Shown: one piece after another, positions 18,404-26,456 of the stretch
How positions within the stretch are numbered: position 1 is the stretch's first letter
Layout of the letters: each line of letters opens with the position of its first letter
From: Candidatus Nomurabacteria bacterium UBA5155
GTDB lineage: Bacteria; Patescibacteriota; Minisyncoccia; Phycocordibacterales; UBA9973
Direction of reading: 5' to 3'
Length of the DNA: 49,710 nt
Assembly: GCA_002413705.1 (NCBI GenBank)
Contig: DHXN01000008.1
Coordinates: forward strand, 16,576 to 66,285
Notes under the pieces: model-generated
Database searches by the model: none
What the model was told of the DNA's origin: nothing
The model's input: only the letters and a program-made list of their open reading frames with translations
Program-made: the position numbers and the translations under genes

Positions 18404-19018
18404 ATGCAAAATCCTTTTGGAGAAAAATATCAGAAATACTGGGATAGAAGACTAACTAAGTTTAGTAAGTTTGACGAGGGTATTCAGACAGATATCGAAG
18501 GATTGTACTCAGTTGGACCTGAAGATATCGCCGATAAGAATGCTATTAAAACTGGAGCAAAAATTGTCGTTGATGGTTTTTGTGGTATAGGTGGTAACAC
18601 TATCGGTTTCGCAAAACATGCAGACCATGTTTATGCAATTGAAATTGATCACAATAGAATTGAAATGGCAAAAAATAATCTTAAGGTGTACGGGCTTGAA
18701 GACAAGGTAACGTTTATTGAAGGGGATTATTTTAAAGAAGCACCTTTGATACAGGCAGATGCCGTTTTTATTGCTCCACCGTGGGGAGGCCCTGATTACT
18801 CTCAGAAAGAACGATTTACTCTTGAAGACTTTAGTCCTTCAGGAAAAGATATACTCGATCTTGCATTTAAGCATTTTTCTAAAGTGGTGCTACAAATACC
18901 CAAGAATTTTGATCTTAGCGAATTAGACCAATTTGGAAAAGAATATACAGTAGAGAATGAAATGTATGAAGATAATATAATGTTTAAAACAGTTTACTTC
19001 TTTACTCTTGAAATATAA
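18404..19018 (+). CDS. TGS1-like RNA cap guanine-N2 methyltransferase family protein
   Basis: VVDGFCGIGGNTIGFA (SAM motif I), VYAIEID and FIAPPWGGPDY, the signature of the trimethylguanosine-synthase family. Confidence 0.75.
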   Translation: MQNPFGEKYQKYWDRRLTKFSKFDEGIQTDIEGLYSVGPEDIADKNAIKTGAKIVVDGFCGIGGNTIGFAKHADHVYAIEIDHNRIEMAKNNLKVYGLEDKVTFIEGDYFKEAPLIQADAVFIAPPWGGPDYSQKERFTLEDFSPSGKDILDLAFKHFSKVVLQIPKNFDLSELDQFGKEYTVENEMYEDNIMFKTVYFFTLEI

Positions 19019-19047
19019 ACGTTCCAACATCCTGCCACAGCACTCGC
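19019..19047 (+). repeat. 29-nt junction box, copy 3
   Basis: ACGTTCCAACATCCTGCCACAGCACTCGC, 26/29 identical to copy 1. It begins directly after the TAA stop and is followed by a decayed hairpin ending GTTTTTCTGTGTAC (to about 19098). Confidence 0.85.
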
Positions 19048-19104
19048 ACTTGATTAGTACATACATAAATTGGTTGTGCCGGTGTTTTTCTGTGTACTTT
19101 TCCA

Positions 19105-19133
19105 TTGTGCATGGATAGGTATGGTTGTATAAT
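19105..19133 (+). promoter_or_regulatory. sigma70-like promoter
   Basis: TTGTGC, 17-nt spacer, TATAAT. Confidence 0.45.
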
Positions 19134-19184
19134 TATCATGAGCAAAATTTAGAACTTTTAATTATCAACAAACAATATTTATCT

Positions 19185-20042
19185 ATGCGTACATATAAAA
19201 CAATCGGGGTAGCGGGTACTGTTGCCATACTTCTTCTTTCTGGCACTGTTGTGTTTGCTCAAGGCAGACCGGCTAGCGCGGGGCCGGGAAGTGTTACTCA
19301 GGGTACTGCTCAAGGAGCGGAGAACCAATATCGACCGGCGAATACCGGCTCGACTGGCGGAGTACCGGCTGGAAATCCTAGCGGCACTTACCGTCCCGCA
19401 ACTACTTCAACGACATCAACTACTTCTCAAGGAAGCAAGGGGCAAGCTGCGCAGGAACGGATGCAGGCTGCGCGAACGCAAGGCCAAGCACATGCGACAG
19501 CCGCCCGCGAGCAGGTCGCACAGCGACTTGCCGGCATTCAAGACAAAGTAAAACAGCGTCTTGCAGAAAATCTCGCAACGCGGTTCGACCAGCTTAACAA
19601 GACGTGGACCGACCACTTTATGCAGGTGCTCGACCACTATGATGCCATTTTGCAGAAAGTGCAGGACCGTGCGACTGCTGCAGCTTCAAGTGGAAAAGAC
19701 ACAACTGCAACAAGCGCGGCTATCACTGCGGCAAAAACATCTATTGCGACTGCTCGCACTGCGATAACAGCACAAGCGGCTAAGACCTACACACTCAATA
19801 CTTCAACTGTTACTACGACATCTACAACCACCACTTCAAGCGGTCAGACGGAACTTATGCAGGGACTCCGCACTTCTTTCCAGAATCTCAATGAGACACT
19901 GTTTAAAGATCTCTTTGCGCTTCGCGACGGCCCTATGACTGATACTCGCAAAGCAGTACAGAGTACACTACAGACACTCAGCCAAATTCCCGGAGTCGAC
20001 CAGGTGAATACCACTTCAACCGACGCAACCTCGACCAATTAA
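19185..20042 (+). CDS. secreted Ala/Thr/Gln-rich low-complexity protein
   Basis: Signal peptide MRTYKTIGVAGTVAILLLSGTVVFAQG. Helical A/Q/T-rich body. The DNA is visibly more G+C-rich than its surroundings. Confidence 0.6.
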   Translation: MRTYKTIGVAGTVAILLLSGTVVFAQGRPASAGPGSVTQGTAQGAENQYRPANTGSTGGVPAGNPSGTYRPATTSTTSTTSQGSKGQAAQERMQAARTQGQAHATAAREQVAQRLAGIQDKVKQRLAENLATRFDQLNKTWTDHFMQVLDHYDAILQKVQDRATAAASSGKDTTATSAAITAAKTSIATARTAITAQAAKTYTLNTSTVTTTSTTTTSSGQTELMQGLRTSFQNLNETLFKDLFALRDGPMTDTRKAVQSTLQTLSQIPGVDQVNTTSTDATSTN

Positions 20043-20063
20043 TAATAAATAATTGAAACTACT

Positions 20064-20363
20064 ATGGATTATCAAACAACACCACCAATGATGCCAATAA
20101 AAGAACCCGCTTCAATGAAACCGTGGTATATCGGCGGCGCAGCAGCGGTCGTCGTTCTCGCCGCGCTTGGCTGGTACTATTTTGGATCGCAAGCTCCAGT
20201 CGCAAGCACACAGCCATCTGCTGCTGAAACCACACAAGCAGCTCCTCTCACGAGTGGTAATACAACCGCCGACATCCAGACCGATCTCAACAATACGCCG
20301 AACGACTCTGTCATGCTCAACCAAGATGCAGCCGCTTCCGCCAAAGCTATTCAGAGTTTCTAG
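20064..20363 (+). CDS. small membrane-anchored hypothetical protein
   Basis: One TM helix WYIGGAAAVVVLAALGWYYFG. Confidence 0.5.
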   Translation: MDYQTTPPMMPIKEPASMKPWYIGGAAAVVVLAALGWYYFGSQAPVASTQPSAAETTQAAPLTSGNTTADIQTDLNNTPNDSVMLNQDAAASAKAIQSF

Positions 20364-20383
20364 TACAAAATGATTCTCAAATG

Positions 20384-20412
20384 AAAAAATCACCCAACTG
20401 GGTGATTTTTTC
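20384..20412 (+). terminator. rho-independent terminator
   Basis: AAAAAATCACCC-aact-GGGTGATTTTTT. Confidence 0.75.
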
Positions 20413-20461
20413 ATTTATCCACTGTTTACTTTCAAACCGCATTCCTTGTATACTAATTTAG

Positions 20462-20475
20462 TAGTTTCGAAACTA
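20462..20475. promoter_or_regulatory. perfect 14-bp palindrome, candidate ArsR-family operator
   Basis: TAGTTTCGAAACTA lies 8 nt downstream of a TATACT -10 box (20449-20454) and upstream of the PNPOx-like gene. Confidence 0.45.
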
Positions 20476-20527
20476 TGTAACCTTTGTTTAAGCGCACCAT
20501 TTATTATAGTTAAAAACAAGAACATAT

Positions 20528-20899
20528 ATGCAACTCTCACAAGAAATAATCGATATACTATTAGACTCAGAAAATAAAGCCTTTGCAACAACAGGTAAAG
20601 ATCGTATCAATGTTGTACCAGTATCCACTATGTATATAATAGATGGAAAAATTTGGCTCATAAATTATTTCTTTAAGAAAACACTAGAAAATATTCTGGA
20701 AGAACCGCGTGCAGCATTGGTGTGCTGGAAAGGATTTTGCGGATATCAAATAAAAGGACAGGTAGAATATATTGAAAATGGAGTTCTTTTTGAGAAGGCA
20801 AAGGAAATGGTGTTTCAAAAACTCCCTGATCGCATTGTAAAAGGATTGCTTATATTGAAACCAGAAGAGGTGTATAACATATCGCCGGGAGCAAATTGA
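20528..20899 (+). CDS. pyridoxamine 5'-phosphate oxidase-like FMN-binding (split-barrel) protein
   Basis: Size and pattern fit the family: AFATTGKDRINVVPV...GKIWLINYF...AALVCW...GYQIKGQVEY. Confidence 0.65.
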   Translation: MQLSQEIIDILLDSENKAFATTGKDRINVVPVSTMYIIDGKIWLINYFFKKTLENILEEPRAALVCWKGFCGYQIKGQVEYIENGVLFEKAKEMVFQKLPDRIVKGLLILKPEEVYNISPGAN

Positions 20900-20959
20900 T
20901 ACCGAGGCTCATTTTTAATAAAAAAACAACCGCTTGCAATGCCCACTGTATTTGTTGCA

Positions 20960-20973
20960 TACTTTAGAAACTA
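20960..20973. promoter_or_regulatory. second, imperfect copy of the palindrome at the ArsR gene start
   Basis: TACTTTAGAAACTA matches TAGTTTCGAAACTA at 12/14. It ends on the A of the ATG. Confidence 0.4.
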
Positions 20974-21278
20974 TGAAGATTAAACAACCGCTACCTCGTA
21001 AGACTTATGAGAGAAATGCTGAAATATACAAAATACTGGCCAATGCCAAGCGTCTGGAGATTCTCAATTTGCTGCGGGAACAAGAAATGTCCGTCGAGGA
21101 TCTGATTAAGACACTCGGCATTCCTAAAGCAAACGTGTCGCAACATCTTGCATTGCTTCGCCATGCAGATTTGGTCACGGTTCGCCGCGAAGGGTTGAAT
21201 GGATACTACAATATTATTGATCCTCGGATTGTTGAGCCGTGCAGAATTTTGCACCAGCTGGCAATCAAGCGGGGATAG
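20973..21278 (+). CDS. ArsR/SmtB-family transcriptional regulator
   Basis: YKILANAKRLEILNLLREQEMSVEDLIKTLGIPKANVSQHLALLRHADLVTVRREG (winged HTH). Confidence 0.85.
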   Translation: MKIKQPLPRKTYERNAEIYKILANAKRLEILNLLREQEMSVEDLIKTLGIPKANVSQHLALLRHADLVTVRREGLNGYYNIIDPRIVEPCRILHQLAIKRG

Positions 21279-21294
21279 CTGCTGCGCAAACAAT

Positions 21295-21381
21295 GGAGAC
21301 GTGGCTGAGTGGTTGAAGGCACCGGTTTCGAAAACCGGCATATGAGCAATCGTATCGAGGGTTCAAATCCCCCCGTCTCCG
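21295..21381 (+). tRNA. tRNA-Ser (anticodon CGA)
   Basis: Acceptor GGAGACG/CGTCTCC, anticodon arm CCGGT-TTCGAAA-ACCGG, long variable arm, T loop TTCAAAT, discriminator G. Confidence 0.85.
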
Positions 21382-21436
21382 CAAGTTATTCTTTCTTCAT
21401 GTTTAATTCATCAATTATTGTTATTATAGTAACGAC

Positions 21437-23308
21437 ATGTGTGGAATTGTAGGAATCGTAGGAGAAATAGAACATAAAAATGATGTCATCAAAATGATGA
21501 ATGACGAAATAATCCATCGCGGTCCGGACGACGAGGGGTTTTTTCTCGATGATTCTATCGCACTAGCAATGCGTCGTCTTTCAATTATTGATATTGAACA
21601 CGGCAAACAACCTATCACCTCACTCGATGGCCGCTACACCATCGTATTTAATGGTGAAATTTATAATTATAAAATTTTAAAAGAAGCATTGTTGCAGCAA
21701 GGATATAACTTTCAAACAAATTCTGATACCGAGGTTATTTTGGCACTGTACCAAACAGAAGGGGAAGCGATGGTTTCAAAATTACGCGGTATGTTCGCTT
21801 TTGCGATTTTTGACAAAGAAGAAAAAACCATTTTTTTGGCCAGAGATTATTTTGGTATCAAGCCGTTGTACTATGTGCAACTCGACACTGCGATTGTGGC
21901 ATTTGGTTCTGAAATAAAAAGCTTGCTCAAACATCCGCGCTATAAAAAAGAAATCAATGACGAAGTGGTGTTTAATTATTTGTCATTTCAATACAATCCT
22001 TTGGAAGAAAGTTTCTTTAAAAATATCTACAGTCTTGCGCCGGGACATTCTTTGCGTATCAACACAACTGACGGCTCTTTTGTGAAAAAGAAATATTGGT
22101 CATTTGAATTTGCTCCTGTGAATAATCCATACGATGAGATGAAAGAAGATATCAAGAAAACATTGAAGGATTCTGTTACCGCGCATATGATTGCTGATGT
22201 TCCGGTGGGATGCTTCTTGAGCGGCGGAATCGACAGTGGCATCATTGCGCAGTTTGCTTCTGATGTTGTTAAAGAACATTCGGTAGCAACACTTTCAACT
22301 TTTACGATTGGTTTTAAAGAAACAAATGAATGGGAACAGGCGCGAGAACTGTCAGACACCATTCATTCCGATCATCAAGAAATAGTGTTGAATTGGAAGG
22401 ATTATTTTGTGGCGCTGCCGACCATCGCCTGGCATTTTGACGAACCGGTGGCTGATCCGTCGGCGATTTCACTGTACTTTCTGGCTCGTGAAGCTCGAAA
22501 GAAAGTAAAAGTAGTGGTTTCAGGTGAGGGTGCCGATGAGCTATTCGGTGGCTACAATATTTATCTTGAACCGTATGCTCGAAGAAAACTACAATATATT
22601 CCTCGATTTGTTCGCCATGCTTTGTATCAGATCATTGTTGCACTTAACATCTCTACACATTTCCCAAAACTCAGAGGAATAAAATATTTGGAACGATCAT
22701 TACAGACACCGGAAGAGTGGTATATTGGCAACGCCACAATATTCACCGAAAAAGAAATGGCGAAAATCTGGACAGGAAAAAAGTTTCAAAGAACTGATCT
22801 CGGTGCATATTATAAAAAAGTTGCGAATTATTCTGATTCGGTAAAAATGCAATACATTGATATCAATACTTGGCTGAAAGGGGATATTCTAGCCAAGGCT
22901 GACAAAATGAGCATGGCCAATTCGTTGGAAGTTCGCGTGCCGTTTCTCGATAAAGAAGTTGCCGCCATTGCCGCAACATTAACGGACGAAATGAAATGGG
23001 GCGAAAATGAAACCAAGAAAATCCTGCGCGCTTCTGTCAGAGAGATCATCCCCGAATCCACACGTATTCGAAAAAAACTTGGCTTCCCGACACCTATCAA
23101 CCTCATGCTGGTGGAACATATCGCTGAAATCAAAGACGTGATACTTAATAATGTGTATATTAAAAATAATTGTGATATTGATTATATAAAAGCAATACTT
23201 TCCGATCATCAAAACACACAGGAGAGAAATGCCAGAAAAATTTTTGCGCTGCTGATGTTCAGCATCTGGCACGAACAGTATTTTACTGAACTACCACGAC
23301 TTGATTAG
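21437..23308 (+). CDS. asnB: asparagine synthase (glutamine-hydrolysing)
   Basis: N-terminal MCGIVG nucleophile, SGGIDS PP-loop, length 623 aa. Confidence 0.9.
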   Translation: MCGIVGIVGEIEHKNDVIKMMNDEIIHRGPDDEGFFLDDSIALAMRRLSIIDIEHGKQPITSLDGRYTIVFNGEIYNYKILKEALLQQGYNFQTNSDTEVILALYQTEGEAMVSKLRGMFAFAIFDKEEKTIFLARDYFGIKPLYYVQLDTAIVAFGSEIKSLLKHPRYKKEINDEVVFNYLSFQYNPLEESFFKNIYSLAPGHSLRINTTDGSFVKKKYWSFEFAPVNNPYDEMKEDIKKTLKDSVTAHMIADVPVGCFLSGGIDSGIIAQFASDVVKEHSVATLSTFTIGFKETNEWEQARELSDTIHSDHQEIVLNWKDYFVALPTIAWHFDEPVADPSAISLYFLAREARKKVKVVVSGEGADELFGGYNIYLEPYARRKLQYIPRFVRHALYQIIVALNISTHFPKLRGIKYLERSLQTPEEWYIGNATIFTEKEMAKIWTGKKFQRTDLGAYYKKVANYSDSVKMQYIDINTWLKGDILAKADKMSMANSLEVRVPFLDKEVAAIAATLTDEMKWGENETKKILRASVREIIPESTRIRKKLGFPTPINLMLVEHIAEIKDVILNNVYIKNNCDIDYIKAILSDHQNTQERNARKIFALLMFSIWHEQYFTELPRLD

Positions 23309-24155
23309 TCAGCGGACCCCACATATTCATATGTTTCATTAGGCGATTGGCGCTCCAGTATTCATTGCCTATACCCGTAAGAGGGTCATTAAGAAAAAAT
23401 CCTACCAACGTACCATCCTTTGCACGCAGCGTCGCCACTACTACTCGCACGTGTTCTCCGCGATATGCGGTAACCGATTTTCCTTGAGGTGTTTGCCATG
23501 AGTATTTCACATATGGAGGACTATTGAAAAATCCCCAGACCATGACAGGATGATCTTGGTCAATCTGTGTGGCGATAAAATCTGCAGAGACCAGTGTATA
23601 GCTTTGCGCACTTCTGCCAAATGTTCGCGCTGCCTTGGCAAGCGCCGGAGCAAAAGCCCCATAGCCACTTTTAAGCGGGTCATCGATGTTGCCGACGAAC
23701 ATTGTATTGGGGTCATCCCAAATATTGTGTTTTGTATCCCAAGGACGAGGGTTGTATCCAACTTTTTTTACAATATCCATATCACCGGTTTGGATACCAT
23801 AGTATGCCAATACCATACGCAGAGAGGACTCTTCACAACTTCGTGGATACTGCTGCTTGTACGCCGGAACCGACAGTTGATGCACGTCTAAGGATGAGAG
23901 GTCTGGTGTCGGCTCGCTTTTAAGTGTATCCAAAAAGGGTTGATCGTGCGGCGAAACAGTTACTGTCGTTGAAACAACAGCGGTAACAGGGGTTGGGGTA
24001 GTGGTAGGGGTTGGAGTAGATAAGGTTGGCGTCTCAGCGATTTGTTTTATTGGAGCTTTACTGGCCTTTAGATAGTGGTTGATAACAACAAAAAAAACCA
24101 ATGCAGTCAGTATAGAAATTATTTTTATTTTTAGCGCCACTTTAGATTTACTCAT
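23283..24155 (-). CDS. membrane-anchored C39-like cysteine peptidase domain protein
   Basis: N-terminal TM helix, Pro/Thr linker, then YKQQYPRSCEESSLRMVLAYYG (C39_2-like catalytic Cys context). Its 3' end overlaps the asnB 3' end by 26 nt. Confidence 0.6.
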   Translation of the reverse strand: MSKSKVALKIKIISILTALVFFVVINHYLKASKAPIKQIAETPTLSTPTPTTTPTPVTAVVSTTVTVSPHDQPFLDTLKSEPTPDLSSLDVHQLSVPAYKQQYPRSCEESSLRMVLAYYGIQTGDMDIVKKVGYNPRPWDTKHNIWDDPNTMFVGNIDDPLKSGYGAFAPALAKAARTFGRSAQSYTLVSADFIATQIDQDHPVMVWGFFNSPPYVKYSWQTPQGKSVTAYRGEHVRVVVATLRAKDGTLVGFFLNDPLTGIGNEYWSANRLMKHMNMWGPLTNQVVVVQ

Positions 24156-24163
24156 GTTGTGTA

Positions 24164-24709
24164 TTACTTTCTGAACAATTTACCCCCGTGCCACGGTACT
24201 CCGAGATAAGACAGGGCATAATAATCCAAACCATAATAGCCAGCGATTTTCCACGCCAAGATAATACCGATACTTAAGGTGAAAAGTATTGGGTTGGTAC
24301 TGACTGTACCAGCAAGTAAATAATTCAGATTCATAAACAGTCCAAAAAATGCAGCAATGCCAGTGAATAGTCCGATGATAAGTGCAATGCCAACTGTCAG
24401 CTCACCATACGCAATGATATGTGCCCAGGTATGTATATGACCAAGCACCACATGTTGTAAAAAATATCCATACCATCCTTGCACATCAGGGTGAGCTGAG
24501 GCAGTTTTTTGTAGCGCACCTTTAATAAATCCTGACAGTGCTCCTCCGGCGTTTGCTCCTGTCCACAAAGGATCATGTACTTTCTCCCAACCAGCAGAGA
24601 GCCAGCCCCACCCGACATACACACGCACTATCAACCAGAGCCATGATAGTTTTGTATTATGAAATAGTAATTTTGAAAAAGGTGATTCTTCTATGGTTGT
24701 ATTATTCAT
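24164..24709 (-). CDS. DoxX-family membrane protein
   Basis: LIVRVYVGWGWLSAGWEKV and four TM helices. Confidence 0.65.
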   Translation of the reverse strand: MNNTTIEESPFSKLLFHNTKLSWLWLIVRVYVGWGWLSAGWEKVHDPLWTGANAGGALSGFIKGALQKTASAHPDVQGWYGYFLQHVVLGHIHTWAHIIAYGELTVGIALIIGLFTGIAAFFGLFMNLNYLLAGTVSTNPILFTLSIGIILAWKIAGYYGLDYYALSYLGVPWHGGKLFRK

Positions 24710-24798
24710 GCATACATAATAACTCTAATATCATGGAAAAGAAAACTAATTGTCAAAACCTTGACTATATGGTCATAAGCGACTAATATCGCTTATAT

Positions 24799-25947
24799 AT
24801 GAGAAAGTATAGTTTTAAAGCAATAAAAAGGGGATTTTTGGCAACAGCTCTGTCAGCGATTTTTACGTTGGCTTTTGTGGCGTATGCGTCAGCAATGACC
24901 CCTACGTTGACATTAAATAGCAATAATAACGGATATGGCTACGGCACAGTACAGGTGACTGTCTATGGCGATGCAAATGCGCCGGTTATTCTGGATTATT
25001 ATTCAGGCGGTCAGCTGCTCGGAGCCGGCGTCATCGGGTACACCAACTACAGCGGTTCTTTCTCAGGACAGCTCAGTACTAGTAACTACACTATCCCAAA
25101 CGGTGCACAAACCATTGTCATGGTAAATGGCCAGCAATCCAACACAATCTCTTGGATGGGAACTTCTTCATACAATAACAATGGTGGTACTACAAATGGC
25201 ACACTGTCACTCAGTCAGAGCAGTGTCACACTTTCTCTCGGACAAAGTCAGACAGTGTCATTGAACAACGGCAGCTCTTACAATTACAATTATAATAATT
25301 ACAACAGTGCATCTCAGTACTATATTTCCAACAGCAACACAAACAATATTGTTACTGCTTCTATCAGTGGCAACAGTATCAGTCTGTACGGACAAAGTAT
25401 TGGTTCAACCACGCTCAATATCTGTCCAAACAATAGTATTTCTGGCTTGAGTAACTACTACAACAGCAATGGGGGATGTGCCACTTTGTATGTCACTGTG
25501 TCAGGAAATAATAATAATTATTATTATCCACAACAACAAACTCCTTACTACCAGCCTGTTAATAATAACTACTATGGTTACAACAACACTCCGCTAAGTG
25601 TCAGTAATAGTAATGTACAAGTAACAGTGGGAAATGTTGGCACAGTGGTGATCAACAGCGATAATAATAGCAATAGTTATTACAATAATTCAGGTACCTA
25701 TTACATCAGCAATAACAACAACGGCATTGCAAATGCAACCATCAGCGGCAATACACTTTCTATTTACGGAACGGCAGCTGGCAGTACAACAGTGACAGTC
25801 TGTCAGTCAGGGACAAATCAGTGCACAAGTGTAAACGTAACTGTCACCTCACCATCATATTTCAACTACACCAACGGTCAGTACACCTCATCACAAAACG
25901 GTCATTGGTACTATTCAAATCAGAATCGTTGTTGGCAGCATCGCTAA
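24799..25947 (+). CDS. secreted Asn/Tyr/Ser/Gln-rich surface protein with two Ig-like (Big_2-like) repeats
   Basis: Signal peptide. Repeats ASISGNSISLYGQSIGSTTLNICP and ATISGNTLSIYGTAAGSTTVTVCQ are separated by N/Y/Q low-complexity tracts (NNNNYYYPQQQTPYYQPVNNNYYGYNN). Confidence 0.65.
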   Translation: MRKYSFKAIKRGFLATALSAIFTLAFVAYASAMTPTLTLNSNNNGYGYGTVQVTVYGDANAPVILDYYSGGQLLGAGVIGYTNYSGSFSGQLSTSNYTIPNGAQTIVMVNGQQSNTISWMGTSSYNNNGGTTNGTLSLSQSSVTLSLGQSQTVSLNNGSSYNYNYNNYNSASQYYISNSNTNNIVTASISGNSISLYGQSIGSTTLNICPNNSISGLSNYYNSNGGCATLYVTVSGNNNNYYYPQQQTPYYQPVNNNYYGYNNTPLSVSNSNVQVTVGNVGTVVINSDNNSNSYYNNSGTYYISNNNNGIANATISGNTLSIYGTAAGSTTVTVCQSGTNQCTSVNVTVTSPSYFNYTNGQYTSSQNGHWYYSNQNRCWQHR

Positions 25948-25948
25948 C

Positions 25949-25980
25949 AAAAAATAACCAGGAAAATCCTGGTTATTTTT
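25949..25980. terminator. bidirectional terminator
   Basis: AAAAAATAACCAGG-aaaat-CCTGGTTATTTTT lies between the surface-protein gene and the convergent tRNA. Confidence 0.75.
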
Positions 25981-25985
25981 ATGTG

Positions 25986-26070
25986 CGGAGACGGCGAGAT
26001 TCGAACTCGCGAGGCTTTGACACCTGCCTCCTTAGCAAGGAGGTACGTTAGACCACTCCGACACGTCTCC
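25986..26070 (-). tRNA. tRNA-Ser (anticodon GCU)
   Basis: On the minus strand: GGAGACG...CCTCC-TTGCTAA-GGAGG...long variable arm...CGAGT-TCGAATC...CGTCTCC-G. Confidence 0.85.
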
Positions 26071-26121
26071 ATTGTCCACGATGTTATCATACATAGAAAT
26101 CGCGGACAACATTTTGAACTA

Positions 26122-26391
26122 TTATCGAGCTGGAGTAAGTGTAGTAGCAGGCACAGTAGTAGCGCCTTGTTGCTCTATTATTATTCCTTGATCTTGATTC
26201 CAGTGACGACGCATCATCGTGCCGTCTCCGTATGAAAATCCGCGCATCTGTCCGATTACCATACCAGCAAAGAAAATAAACAATCCTAATACAATCGCAA
26301 GAAGCAATCGTATGAATGAGAATCCTTTATCCAGTCCGCACCATCCACATGTTTTGTGATCCATGTTCATAGAAGTCTTTTCATGTTCCAT
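26122..26391 (-). CDS. small membrane protein, hypothetical
   Basis: One TM helix IRLLLAIVLGLFIFFAGMVIG. The start is taken at MEHEK. Confidence 0.45.
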   Translation of the reverse strand: MEHEKTSMNMDHKTCGWCGLDKGFSFIRLLLAIVLGLFIFFAGMVIGQMRGFSYGDGTMMRRHWNQDQGIIIEQQGATTVPATTLTPAR

Positions 26392-26456
26392 AATTCTTTT
26401 TCGTTTTATAAAGTAGTAATGCCGTAAGTATAACACTTATAAAGTATAATGAAGAA

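Noticed and set aside
17642-19047. The three 29-nt repeats as a CRISPR array.
   Set aside because: The spacers would be 640-680 nt long and each contains a complete gene. The repeats are only about 90 percent identical, and no cas genes are present.
17642-19047. The three boxes as classical integron attC sites.
   Set aside because: The box does not contain the GTTRRRY / RYYYAAC core pair. The hairpin is outside the conserved box and missing in copy 2. Each gene has its own -10 element, and no intI is visible. The idea is kept only as a loose analogy in the finding.
24773-24794. ATAAGCGA-ctaata-TCGCTTAT inverted repeat just before the N/Y-rich protein gene.
   Set aside because: It is a short 8-bp stem in a divergent promoter region. 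It is plausible as an operator, but nothing else supports it, so it is not reported as a feature.
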